Of a stretch of DNA of 61,722 bases, positions 26,151 through 36,080 are shown piece after piece. The notes beneath the pieces were generated by a model. The model was not told the origin of the DNA. It searched no databases and worked only from the letters and a program-made list of their open reading frames with translations. The position numbers and the translations under genes are program-made. Every line of letters starts with the position of its first letter. Positions within the stretch are counted from its first letter, which is position 1. The stretch is from a virus (lineage: Duplodnaviria > Caudoviricetes): positions 1 to 61,722 of the IMG/VR virus record IMGVR_UViG_3300017714_000006. The stretch is one strand, 5' to 3'.

Positions 26151-27038
26151 TTATTTGTTAGCTTCAGTGTTGTTCTTTTCGTTCATCTGCCTAATCTTTT
26201 CAATCTCAACTTTTTCTTTACTTTCCCATTCAGCATTAAATGTTCTAGTGTGACTAGGATTTAATCCTGCTTCTTCAAGTAAGTCATCTCTGATATTTTG
26301 ACTACGCTTTTCTAAATTTAAAACTCTTGTAAAACTATTGTTAATTGCCGCAGTATAATATGCAAATGGATTCTGCGACTTAAATTCGTTAAACTGTAGT
26401 CCTATTTGACTAAGCTGAACTAGTGCTTGTCCACGCATTTCATCTACATATGTGTAACCACGCCAATTGCCACGCATACTATAACGTTCGCATAGTTTAA
26501 TATACATTCCGCCTAGTGTGTTTGTTGTATTGCCGTGTGTGGTATTAAAGTATCCATTGTCTAGTCCACCTTCCCAATGACTTCTAGCAACTTCTTTAAG
26601 TTCTCCGTCTTGATAAGCATAATGCTTAAATGGAGGGAAATTACATTTACTGTGTAAGTCTGCTTCTGTTTTAGGTTTGTTTTTTCTGTTCTCTAATGGG
26701 ACGTGATCAAATGTCATTACTCGGATAACAATATCTGTGTCTAATATTGTATCTACTTCAACTAAAAAATCTGCTACTCTTGGTTTAGTTTTCTTACCTG
26801 TTAGTCCTTGTTCCCAACGTTTAACTTCGGCTTCATGTGCTTTCTTTTGTAAACGTGTTGCACGTGATTGTTTTGCTTCTGCTACAGCTTCGGGTGTAAT
26901 ATCTTCAAATGATTCAACGATTAAGTCATAATCTGCATACTGATCGTCATTCACATAACAATAGGACATCTTAGATTTATGAATCTCTTTCAATAACTCT
27001 TTGTTTGTTAAATAGAATTGTCTTGGTGCTCTTGCCAT
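26151..27038 (-). CDS. gp55: Late transcription sigma factor
   Basis: Start moved to ATG 27038 (AGAGG SD). YLTNKELL, YTYVDEM, KSQNPFAYYT; adjacent to gp47/gp46 as in T4-like phages. Confidence 0.9.
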   Translation of the reverse strand: MARAPRQFYLTNKELLKEIHKSKMSYCYVNDDQYADYDLIVESFEDITPEAVAEAKQSRATRLQKKAHEAEVKRWEQGLTGKKTKPRVADFLVEVDTILDTDIVIRVMTFDHVPLENRKNKPKTEADLHSKCNFPPFKHYAYQDGELKEVARSHWEGGLDNGYFNTTHGNTTNTLGGMYIKLCERYSMRGNWRGYTYVDEMRGQALVQLSQIGLQFNEFKSQNPFAYYTAAINNSFTRVLNLEKRSQNIRDDLLEEAGLNPSHTRTFNAEWESKEKVEIEKIRQMNEKNNTEANK

Positions 27039-27060
27039 AATTGTTCCTCTGTTCTTAACT

Positions 27061-27088
27061 ATTATAACTGATTTGCTAATAAAGTCAA
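27061..27088 (-). promoter_or_regulatory. Sigma70-type promoter for the gp55-gp47-gp46 operon
   Basis: TTGACT, 16-nt spacer, TATAAT. Confidence 0.65.
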
Positions 27089-27103
27089 CCGGTTTTTGCA
27101 AGT

Positions 27104-27112
27104 CATAAATAC
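27104..27112 (+). promoter_or_regulatory. Late promoter of the baseplate operon
   Basis: CATAAATAC followed by GGAG SD and ATG 27128. Confidence 0.7.
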
Positions 27113-27127
27113 TAATGGAGAATAGAC

Positions 27128-27736
27128 ATGATTATTAATGAAATTATACAAATTAGAGAAGACGTAGATAGCATTACAGTATTTTACGGTGGTCGTTTTC
27201 AACCTATGCACCAAGGACACAGAGATGTATATCAACATCTAGTGGGTAAGTTTGGTGCGGATAATGTATTTATCGCTACAACTTTTAGTCAAAAAGCTAC
27301 TAAGGCACACACTGCAGGTAACTACAGTGACGATCCTTTTACATTTGACGAAAAGAAAAGCATCATGTCTACAATGTTTGGCATACCAGCAGACAAGATT
27401 GTAAACAGCAATCCATATAGAAGTGAACCAGCTACAGTGGGCAGAGACAACAATACAACAGGTATTGTGCTAGTTTTTGGTGCCAAAGATGCAGGACGTT
27501 TGGGTGGATCAGCTAATGTTCAACAATTACCAGATAATATAAAAGATGTAAAGCCACAAAGTGAAATGATATATTTTTATGAAGCACCATTAATGCAAGG
27601 CGGAATGAGTGCAAGTGACTTCCGTAAAACAATGGCAAGTGATGCCACACCGGAAGAAAAACAAAAAGAATTTACAAAGTTTTTTGGCAAATTTGACCAA
27701 AAGATTTTTAGCTTTATAGAGGATAGATTAACATGA
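27128..27736 (+). CDS. HxGH nucleotidyltransferase (cytidylyltransferase-like)
   Basis: FYGGRFQPMHQGH, DPFTFDEK, FGAKD, MSASDFR. Confidence 0.85.
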   Translation: MIINEIIQIREDVDSITVFYGGRFQPMHQGHRDVYQHLVGKFGADNVFIATTFSQKATKAHTAGNYSDDPFTFDEKKSIMSTMFGIPADKIVNSNPYRSEPATVGRDNNTTGIVLVFGAKDAGRLGGSANVQQLPDNIKDVKPQSEMIYFYEAPLMQGGMSASDFRKTMASDATPEEKQKEFTKFFGKFDQKIFSFIEDRLT

Positions 27737-28416
27737 GTAAATCAGGAATACCAAATTCATCTTTAGGGTTTATAAATAGTCCTGGAGCAGTTGTATCATT
27801 AAAACCAAGACCGGGTAACCCGTTTCCACTTGAAGGTGCCGACGGATCTAGTGTTCGAGTTGGCTCAATGATCCAATCTGACTATAACATATTGGGTCCA
27901 CTAGTTAACGATGGCGGGTTAGTATTTCCTTATACACCAACACTGCAAGTAGGACACCAAGCCAACTACGGAACATATGATATTACACATACAATATACC
28001 AACCACAGTATTACATATCAACAGCAAATCCTAGTATCAGTATTACAGCAAACTTTACATCAAATGATCTAGAAGAAGCAAGACATACAGCAGCCGCAAT
28101 ACAATTTTTAAAAACATGCACCAAGTCAGACTTTGGTGAACAAAACCCAACTACAGCAGGCACACCGCCTCCAATTTTAAATCTCAGAGTATATGCCAAA
28201 AATGCTCTACATGCCCAAGCAACACCAGTGGTTGTAAGAAGCATGAACTATACAATGCCAGAAGATGTTAATTATGTTGAATGTGAAGCAGGCGTTGTTC
28301 CAACTATGTTATTATTAGCAGTTGAACTTTCTGTTCAACTATCACCAGCAACAGTCAGAAAGAAATTTAATATCGCTGATTTCTCACAAGGAAACCTACT
28401 TGGAGGTTTTAATTAA
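27733..28416 (+). CDS. Baseplate / tail-tube initiator (gp48/gp54-like)
   Basis: GLVFPYTPT and GTPPPIL motifs; directly precedes gp53. Confidence 0.6.
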   Translation: MSKSGIPNSSLGFINSPGAVVSLKPRPGNPFPLEGADGSSVRVGSMIQSDYNILGPLVNDGGLVFPYTPTLQVGHQANYGTYDITHTIYQPQYYISTANPSISITANFTSNDLEEARHTAAAIQFLKTCTKSDFGEQNPTTAGTPPPILNLRVYAKNALHAQATPVVVRSMNYTMPEDVNYVECEAGVVPTMLLLAVELSVQLSPATVRKKFNIADFSQGNLLGGFN

Positions 28417-28703
28417 TGGCTATAGAATTTAGAAGAGATAGTTTATACAGATCAACTCCAATAGAGGAAAAGAAGTATCTTGGTATATGGGAACCCACTG
28501 TTGCGGAAATATCGGGTCTCATAACAGAACCATACACAATAGAAAATAAATATCATCAGCGTCCAGACACACTGGCAAATAAGTTATATGGCAATGCTAA
28601 ACTTTGGTGGGTATTTGCAATGGTAAACCAAGATAAATTAAATGACCCTATTTTTGATTTTGAAGCAGGATTAACTATTCAAGTTCCTACAAGGTTTACG
28701 TAA
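28416..28703 (+). CDS. gp53: Baseplate wedge protein (LysM-like)
   Basis: RPDTLANKLYGNAKLWWVFAMVN...G.TIQVP. Confidence 0.85.
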   Translation: MAIEFRRDSLYRSTPIEEKKYLGIWEPTVAEISGLITEPYTIENKYHQRPDTLANKLYGNAKLWWVFAMVNQDKLNDPIFDFEAGLTIQVPTRFT

Positions 28704-30592
28704 TGTTAAAAGATAACTGGCTCAATACAGTATCCTCGGGCACTTATAAGTTTACATTTATGATTGTAGACACTGATACTCACAATGCAGCGACTGAAGG
28801 AAGTTTTAATAAAGAACAGGCACTTGCACAAGGCAAGGCAGTTATTGTTGCCGAAGATGGTGTTGAAAGTGCGTATGCAGTTCAAAATGTAAATATTATT
28901 TCCAATACAGCATCAATTAAAAATGGACATGCTACGGCTACAAGAGTTACGTTTGATTTAATAGAACCACTTGGATTTGGATTTTTAGATAGATCATTAA
29001 CAGTTGGTGGCTACTTTGGAATGAACGCAAACATACAACAACTAAAATGGGTATTGCAATTAGATTTCCTAGGCAGAGATCCAGTTACTGGTGCAAGTGT
29101 AACTAAACCTGATCCATTCTTTTATGCTCTTGCATTGCAAGGAATGACAGGAACACTGGGAGAAGCAGGCGCAAAATATTATATGGAATTCACTAACATG
29201 GATAGTGAAGCAATGAAAGAGACTGTAACAAAAACAGACATAACAGTTAAGAACGTAACAACAGTAAAAACGTTTGCAGAAGAATTAGAAATAACATTAA
29301 ACAATGCAGCAAAGAAACACCAACCACAAGGAAACCCAGTAGATATAGAGCAAGGATTTGCTGATACTCCACCTTTGATTAATTATAAAGTTAAGTTAGC
29401 TGCATCAACAACTACACAAGCTCAAGATTATTTTGGCATCCCATCATTTAACTTAGCAGACGCTCCATGGGCAGGAACGGCAAATAGTGCTAATTCTGGT
29501 GGACAAAGTGAATCTCTTGAAGAGTTAGGCACAAGAGAAATAGTTATAAACAACGAAACACAGCTATCTGCAAAAGTAAGAGATTTGATAGCAGCTAATG
29601 TTCCAACATATACCGAACACAACAACCTAGCACAAAAAAATGGAATAACATACGATCTACAGTGTAAGCCTACAGCAAAACTTATAAACGAAGTTGACGG
29701 CAGGTTAAATGTTCAGCGTAAAGAAATAACGCTAACAATATCATTAATAACTACAGGTGAAACAGTTCCACCAAATGGTCCCACAATTGAAAATTTAAGA
29801 AATTCAGCAGCAGCTCAAAATGAAAGATTTAATAGACTTGTTCTTCCTAAGCTAGTTAAAAAGTATACATATCAATACACAGGCGAGAACACAGAAGTAA
29901 TGGATATTGATTTACAACTAAACTCAACTTTCTACACAGCGTTATCACCTGCAGCGGCAATATATTATGCAGACAATAATAATATGTTCGAAGCCAATAT
30001 AATTACGCCACCACCAAAGCCAACTGACCAAGTAGATATAGAGCAAGGATTTATAGATGAAGCTGACATTATAACTGAAGTGCCAGCAAACACAGAAAAA
30101 GATTTAGGAATATCATCAGTAAAATTTTTAAGTGACGTGCCACTACAAAAATATAATATTAATCAAAGTCCGGTATTTGGTGTGCAACCATTAGGAGCAC
30201 AAGGACAACAAGTAAATGAAACAACAGACATAGACACAACTGCAAACTTGGCGTTGATTAATTATGCAGCACGAATAAAAGATACACAAGACTTAAGAAT
30301 AGAAGCAAGAGGTGATCCAATATTTCTAGGACAGAATGGGACAAGCATATTTGATATTAACGAGTCTTCGGTATATATGGCATTTATAAACTTTCAGCCA
30401 AATCCAGAAGACTTATTAATAAATCAGCAAAAAGGCCCAATTGATATGCTAACAACTGGAATATATAAAATTAATGAAGTTATAAGTAAATTTCAACAAG
30501 GATCATTTACACAAACAATCTCTACATATAGAGATCAAAACAGTAGCACATTTTTGCTACTTAATACATTATTAAATCTGAGGGTGGATTAA
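28703..30592 (+). CDS. Baseplate hub protein (gp27-like)
   Basis: Located between gp53 and gp5; C-terminal GDP..., GIYKINEVISKFQQGSFTQTI motif. Confidence 0.6.
   Translation: MLKDNWLNTVSSGTYKFTFMIVDTDTHNAATEGSFNKEQALAQGKAVIVAEDGVESAYAVQNVNIISNTASIKNGHATATRVTFDLIEPLGFGFLDRSLTVGGYFGMNANIQQLKWVLQLDFLGRDPVTGASVTKPDPFFYALALQGMTGTLGEAGAKYYMEFTNMDSEAMKETVTKTDITVKNVTTVKTFAEELEITLNNAAKKHQPQGNPVDIEQGFADTPPLINYKVKLAASTTTQAQDYFGIPSFNLADAPWAGTANSANSGGQSESLEELGTREIVINNETQLSAKVRDLIAANVPTYTEHNNLAQKNGITYDLQCKPTAKLINEVDGRLNVQRKEITLTISLITTGETVPPNGPTIENLRNSAAAQNERFNRLVLPKLVKKYTYQYTGENTEVMDIDLQLNSTFYTALSPAAAIYYADNNNMFEANIITPPPKPTDQVDIEQGFIDEADIITEVPANTEKDLGISSVKFLSDVPLQKYNINQSPVFGVQPLGAQGQQVNETTDIDTTANLALINYAARIKDTQDLRIEARGDPIFLGQNGTSIFDINESSVYMAFINFQPNPEDLLINQQKGPIDMLTTGIYKINEVISKFQQGSFTQTISTYRDQNSSTFLLLNTLLNLRVD
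29338..30052 (+). repeat. Exact 22-bp direct repeat within the hub gene
   Basis: AGTAGATATAGAGCAAGGATTT at 29338-29359 and 30031-30052. Confidence 0.9.
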
Positions 30593-31803
30593 TGAAAACA
30601 ACAAAATCAGCAGGTGCAGGTTATCATACATATGGTGTAGAAGTTGCCAAACGTGCTAAGGCATCGCAAGGATACAATATTAATACCATCAATGGAATAT
30701 ACATTGGTGAAGTAATAAATGATAAGGATGCACAACACAATGGAAGAATAACTGTTAAGATTCCAGAATTTGGTGCAGACTCAGAGCGTATTATATTATT
30801 AACAACGCCATTTGGTGGTAACACTGAAATTAAAAAAGATGCTGGTAACTTTATTTTAGAACCTGGATCATCAACTACATACGGTATGTGGCCACAGCCA
30901 CCCGCAATTGGATCAAATGTTATAGTTGGTTTTACCGGATCAATGGAACAAGGCTTTTACTTAGGTTACTTGCCACCCAAGGATAGAAATGCAACCATGG
31001 GCGGTAACGCAAGTAATGAAGCATATGACCGCGACGGCAATGTTATATTATCACAGACCACTGAAAAGAATTCAAAAGATATAAATGATTCAGTAACAAA
31101 AGCGGCTAAACAAAAACAACTCTTTCAATTACTTGAATCTGGTCTTGCAGTAGACTATGTTAGAGGACACAGTCAAAGTAGTGCAAGAAGAGAAAGCCCT
31201 AGCAAGGTAGTTGGGTGGACATCTAAAATGGGTCATACTATCAGTATGGACGACCACGAAGAAAATGATAATATTAGAATTAGAACTAGTGGTGGTAATC
31301 AGATTTTAATGGACGATACCAGTGGATTTATATTCATTAGTAATAATAAAGGTAATGCATGGATAGAAATGGATGCAGACGGTCGTGTTGACGTTTATAG
31401 TAAAGGCGGTGTTAGCATAGCAACGGATGGAGATTACAATGTTCATGCAAAGGGATCTATTAATATGCAAGCAGAACAAGGAGTTAATATTAAGAGTAGT
31501 GGAGCAGAAGGGCTCAAACTGGAAAGCAGTGTTGGTTCAATTGACATCTATAGTGCTATCAATATTAATAGTAATGCTGATCGCGAAATTAACTTAACAG
31601 CAACTAACAATTATTATTTACAAGCAGGTCGTGTTGATATAAATGGTCCTGCGCCTACATCAGCAGAAAAGGCAGCAGTGCAGGCACAAACAACTAACAC
31701 AAGTGTAACATCAAGTATCAACAGCAGAGTTCCTGAGCATCACCCATGGAAAGGTGTTGCAGTGCGAGAAAAAATAGTAACAGGTAAAGGAAATTCAGGA
31801 TAA
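30592..31803 (+). CDS. gp5: Baseplate central spike (gp5/VgrG-like), no internal lysozyme
   Basis: OB-fold IYIGEV...GRITVKIP...PPAIGSNVIVGF, then GHTISMDD..IRIRTSGGNQILMDD beta-helix repeats. Confidence 0.8.
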   Translation: MKTTKSAGAGYHTYGVEVAKRAKASQGYNINTINGIYIGEVINDKDAQHNGRITVKIPEFGADSERIILLTTPFGGNTEIKKDAGNFILEPGSSTTYGMWPQPPAIGSNVIVGFTGSMEQGFYLGYLPPKDRNATMGGNASNEAYDRDGNVILSQTTEKNSKDINDSVTKAAKQKQLFQLLESGLAVDYVRGHSQSSARRESPSKVVGWTSKMGHTISMDDHEENDNIRIRTSGGNQILMDDTSGFIFISNNKGNAWIEMDADGRVDVYSKGGVSIATDGDYNVHAKGSINMQAEQGVNIKSSGAEGLKLESSVGSIDIYSAININSNADREINLTATNNYYLQAGRVDINGPAPTSAEKAAVQAQTTNTSVTSSINSRVPEHHPWKGVAVREKIVTGKGNSG

Positions 31804-32525
31804 TGGCAACATATACTTTACCTAATACAATAACAAAGGAAGATTTATTACCTTTTGATTTATTTCCAATTGCTGATAACACATTAGCAAGGACACTTGT
31901 GCCTATTAGAAACTTAGAAACTAGTCCAGCAATGATTAACTTAATATTAAGAAATATTGGGTGGAAGGGCTATGCATACAAAGATGTTGACAATGTTATA
32001 AAAATTGGTTATAATCTGGTTGACGGGGTAGACGGAGACGGACTTACTGAAGAAGATGCGTTTAATAAATGGATTAAAGTTTTCAAAGATGCAGAGCGTA
32101 GATTCAAAGAAGTATTTATATTAGAGTCATTAAGTCAAAGTCAATATGATGGATTAGTAAGTTTATATTACTTAACAGGTGATTGGACTAGAGTAGGATC
32201 AGAACAACGAACATTTCAATTATATGATTATGTAAAAGATAGAGAATGGCAATATGTAGCAACTGCTATGACCAACAGTGGTATTAATCGTGTCCAACGA
32301 CAATTAGAAGCAAAAGTTATTATGCTTGCTGATTATGGAGTGGCAAAAGATAGATCTCTAATTAAACGACAAGGTATACAAGAAATAGCAAACAAATATC
32401 CAACAAGATTGTTGGATGACAGAAGTAGAACTCAAGCAGAATATGTTTATTATGCTGAAACCAAAAGGTTCCTACCTAACATGGCCGAATCAAGGCAACG
32501 AATTTTATCTTCCAAACTGAATTAA
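31803..32525 (+). CDS. GH24 lysozyme-fold protein with substituted catalytic residues
   Basis: AYKD....IGY, LSQSQYDGLVSL.Y..G and R..EA motifs are present, but the canonical FEG reads NIG. Confidence 0.65.
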   Translation: MATYTLPNTITKEDLLPFDLFPIADNTLARTLVPIRNLETSPAMINLILRNIGWKGYAYKDVDNVIKIGYNLVDGVDGDGLTEEDAFNKWIKVFKDAERRFKEVFILESLSQSQYDGLVSLYYLTGDWTRVGSEQRTFQLYDYVKDREWQYVATAMTNSGINRVQRQLEAKVIMLADYGVAKDRSLIKRQGIQEIANKYPTRLLDDRSRTQAEYVYYAETKRFLPNMAESRQRILSSKLN

Positions 32526-32544
32526 CTTAGTAGATAACGAATTC

Positions 32545-32553
32545 GATAAATAC
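32545..32553 (+). promoter_or_regulatory. Late promoter, probably giving a leaderless mRNA
   Basis: GATAAATACTAGT directly followed by ATG, with no SD. Confidence 0.65.
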
Positions 32554-32557
32554 TAGT

Positions 32558-32941
32558 ATGAGTAATATAGTAGGTTATACCACAGTAGATCAACAAAATG
32601 GAAGTTTAAGATTACAAGGTCTAGAACTTGCAAAACAAGATCTGATGAATCATTTTAAAATCCGTAAAGGTGAAAAGTGGACTAATCCAAACTTTGGTAG
32701 TAATCTACTTAATTATATTTTTCAACCACTGGATGATAATACGACAGAAGCAATTAATGACGAAGTTTATGAAATTGTATCGTATGATCCACGCTTTAAG
32801 CTAGCCAGCAATGATATTATTGTTGACCAAGACGCTCATTCAGTTACAGTAACAGTTAAATTAATGTATCTACCAACTACAACTGCAACAGACTTGCAGA
32901 TTAAATTTGACAGCGAATCCACAGAACAGGCAGAGTTTTAA
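32558..32941 (+). CDS. gp25: Baseplate wedge subunit
   Basis: IRKGEKWTNPNFGS...IFQP...YDPR. Confidence 0.9.
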   Translation: MSNIVGYTTVDQQNGSLRLQGLELAKQDLMNHFKIRKGEKWTNPNFGSNLLNYIFQPLDDNTTEAINDEVYEIVSYDPRFKLASNDIIVDQDAHSVTVTVKLMYLPTTTATDLQIKFDSESTEQAEF

Positions 32942-32943
32942 TT

Positions 32944-35900
32944 ATGGCACAAAATATTAGACAATCAAAACTTTTTGCAGCTGAAGATTATGTAGCAGTA
33001 TATGAATCTTTTATCAATGCTAACTTACAAGCATTTGATTACGATACAATACGAACTGCAATGGTCGACTATGTAAGAAGCACATATCCAGAAAATTATA
33101 ATGACTGGATTGAAAGTTCAGAGTTCATAGCACTACTTGACGTAGTTGCACAAATGGGACATAACTTAGCGTTTAGAGTTGACTTAAACTCACGTAATAA
33201 CTTCTTAAGCACAGCAGAAAGACAAGAAAGTGTTTATAAACTAGCAGAATTTTTAGGCTATACTCCAAGACGTAATGTGTCAGCGTTTGGTGAAATGAAA
33301 GTAGTCAGTGTAAAAACAAACGAACCTGTAATTGGTAGTGCAGGAACAAGTTTGGGTGGACAAGATATTAAATTTGAATCTACTAGCAACATAAACAACT
33401 TAGATGATTTTATTGCAGTAATGAATGGAGTTTTACAGTTTGGTAATCAATATGGTAGTCCAAAGAAACAAACTTCGGTAGGAAATATAACACAACAGTT
33501 TTATGATTTAAACAATACAGCAAATCAAATTAAGTTTGATGTGCCTGGTATTGCTAACGGTCAATCATCTACATATAATATTGTAAGCATAGATTATACA
33601 GATAATATTGTTCATGAGAAATCACCAAATCCAACAGGTGCATTTGGAATATATTATAAAAATAGTGGACTGGGTTTATCAAATAAAGATACTGGATTCT
33701 TCTTAGGAGTAAAAGAAGGAAACTTACAATTCCAAGATACAAAAATAGACACACCAATTGATAATCAAACCATTGATATTAATGTAGACAATATTAACTT
33801 TAGTGACGTATGGGTGCAAACCATTAATACAAATGGAGCAGTAGTTAAAGAGTGGAAAAATGTAAAGCATATTTCAACATCCGAAGATGCAACATACAAC
33901 AGCGTTAATTCAGCAGACAGAGATGTATTTTCAGTCAAGACAAGAAAGAATAATCAAATATCAGTTCAGTTTGCAGATAAGACATTTGGAAATTTACCAC
34001 AAGGTATTATACGTGTATGGTATCGTGTAAGTAAAAATGAATCATATGTAGTTAGACCAGATGACTTATCAAATAAAAAAGTTACAATTGCATATCAAGG
34101 AATTGATGGAAATAACTATTCAGCAATATTCACATTACAATTAAAAACCAGCATAACATCTGCAAGTGCTAACGAAAGTTTAGATAGCATTAAACAAAAT
34201 GCTCCACTGGCATATGCAAGTCAAAATAGATTAGTTACAGCAAACGACTACAATACATTATTTGGTTACCAAACATCAAGTGTAGTAAAAGTAAAAAGTA
34301 TTAATAGAACATTTAGTGGACACAGTAGATATGTTGACTTTACAGATCCAACAGGTGAATACAGTAACTTATTAATAAATGGAACAGACGGACGTTTATA
34401 TGAAACTGATAATGTTAAAAGTAAAACCACAATTGTTGGACAAAACAAAGATTACATATTTGAAAAATATGTAAAGCCACAACTATCAGATTTTGATTTA
34501 ATTAATCTTTACTATACAAAATACACAACCGCATTTAATGATTTAAAATCTTCATTTCCAGCAGGAACATATGAATGGAATGCGCCAGGCACAAATTTAT
34601 ATAATGCAAACACAGGCTATATTCTAAGTAGCTCAGCTATTCAACGAGTAGGCAAAACTGCATCAAATTATTTAAATCAATTTAGAACAGGTGCATTAAT
34701 TAAGTTTACTAAAACTGATGGCACATATGTTTGGGCAAAGGTATTGAATATATTTGCTTATGGCCTTGGTATAGATAGAACTGGTGTTCAGCTTGGTCAA
34801 CCAAGCGGAAAAAGATCAAATGGATTAGGAGCAATTACACTAGATACATATGTTGAAAGTGGAAGCACAATTGATGTTATTGTTCCAGCATTCCCACGTT
34901 TATTTAAAACAAAAGAATCAAATATTATTACAACATATCTAGAAGCAAAAAGAACATTTGCTCTTGCATATGATTATCAAAATCAAAGTTGGGAACTAGA
35001 CAGCGATCCAGGATCTTATACTACACCTGCTAGTTCATATAATAAGGATACATGGTTAATCTACTTTAGTTTTGATAGTGGAAGATATAACATATACACT
35101 AGAACAACACAATATGTTTTTGAAAGCAGTAGTGTTGCATTTACAAATGTTAGTTTAAACAGTGGACTAGATTCACTTACAAAGAAAAAAGCAAAAGATA
35201 CTATAGACATGTCATTTGATACTGTTGTTAGAGGCGGAACTGAAGATGATGACACAGTTGTAAAAACTGGCGGTAAAATGCATGTTAGTGGAATCGAACA
35301 AGACTCAAATGGAGTTATTGATGCATCTCATGTATTTTTATCATTAGTAGATGACAATGCTGATGGAAGACCAGATAATCCATTAGTGTTTAGCGAACTA
35401 GTCACTAAACCAGGCGGCGGACTAGAATCAGTTATTATAGATGACGTAGCAAAAACTGGTCGAGCTAATTTAGATTTTGAATGGCGCCATGTTGCAGCTG
35501 ATAAAGAAATAGTTGATCCTAGTTACACAAACATTATAGATGTTTATGTGTTGGATAAAGCATATGATACAAAATATAGAAATTGGTTGTTAACAAATAC
35601 AGGTGAAGAACCACTTCCACCAACAAGTAATGCGTTAGCTAATAATTTTGCAAATGTTGAGAAACAAAAAGTTACAAGTGATACCATATTGTATAAACCA
35701 GCAAAATATAAAACAATATTTGGACCAACTGCACATTCATCATTACGTGCAACATTTAATGTTGTTAAAGTAAAAGGTAGTAATGTAGTTGACAGTGAAA
35801 TTAGAGTTAACGTAGTTAAAGCAATCAATGAATTTTTTGCTGTAACAAATTGGGACTTTGGTGAAACTTTTTACTTTACAGAACTTGCAGCATATGTGCA

Positions 35901-36069
35901 TAAAGAATTATCAATGTCAATAAGTAGTTTTACTATTATACCACATGGTGCTTCAAGTGTGTTTGGCGAATTATTTGAAATTACTCCAAACATTGATGAA
36001 ATGTTTATACCAGATGTAAGTGTTGACGATATAGATATTGTTAGTAATGTTGTTACTAAAACAAATTAG
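32944..36069 (+). CDS. gp6: Baseplate wedge subunit
   Basis: DYDTIR, NNFLSTAERQESV..LA..LGY.P, ESLDSIKQNAP..YASQNRLVTANDY. Confidence 0.9.
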   Translation: MAQNIRQSKLFAAEDYVAVYESFINANLQAFDYDTIRTAMVDYVRSTYPENYNDWIESSEFIALLDVVAQMGHNLAFRVDLNSRNNFLSTAERQESVYKLAEFLGYTPRRNVSAFGEMKVVSVKTNEPVIGSAGTSLGGQDIKFESTSNINNLDDFIAVMNGVLQFGNQYGSPKKQTSVGNITQQFYDLNNTANQIKFDVPGIANGQSSTYNIVSIDYTDNIVHEKSPNPTGAFGIYYKNSGLGLSNKDTGFFLGVKEGNLQFQDTKIDTPIDNQTIDINVDNINFSDVWVQTINTNGAVVKEWKNVKHISTSEDATYNSVNSADRDVFSVKTRKNNQISVQFADKTFGNLPQGIIRVWYRVSKNESYVVRPDDLSNKKVTIAYQGIDGNNYSAIFTLQLKTSITSASANESLDSIKQNAPLAYASQNRLVTANDYNTLFGYQTSSVVKVKSINRTFSGHSRYVDFTDPTGEYSNLLINGTDGRLYETDNVKSKTTIVGQNKDYIFEKYVKPQLSDFDLINLYYTKYTTAFNDLKSSFPAGTYEWNAPGTNLYNANTGYILSSSAIQRVGKTASNYLNQFRTGALIKFTKTDGTYVWAKVLNIFAYGLGIDRTGVQLGQPSGKRSNGLGAITLDTYVESGSTIDVIVPAFPRLFKTKESNIITTYLEAKRTFALAYDYQNQSWELDSDPGSYTTPASSYNKDTWLIYFSFDSGRYNIYTRTTQYVFESSSVAFTNVSLNSGLDSLTKKKAKDTIDMSFDTVVRGGTEDDDTVVKTGGKMHVSGIEQDSNGVIDASHVFLSLVDDNADGRPDNPLVFSELVTKPGGGLESVIIDDVAKTGRANLDFEWRHVAADKEIVDPSYTNIIDVYVLDKAYDTKYRNWLLTNTGEEPLPPTSNALANNFANVEKQKVTSDTILYKPAKYKTIFGPTAHSSLRATFNVVKVKGSNVVDSEIRVNVVKAINEFFAVTNWDFGETFYFTELAAYVHKELSMSISSFTIIPHGASSVFGELFEITPNIDEMFIPDVSVDDIDIVSNVVTKTN

Positions 36070-36080
36070 GATAAGGTTTA

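Noticed and set aside
26151-27101. Longer upstream starts given by the track (27101; likewise 11883, 16879, 51611, 59063, 59472)
   Set aside because: Downstream ATGs have SD sequences, stop-start overlaps or promoter context, while the extensions run through promoters or neighbouring genes.
29338-30052. Diversity-generating retroelement TR/VR pair, or att sites
   Set aside because: Only 22 bp with no adenine-specific mismatches, no RT or integrase, and both copies are in frame in one gene.
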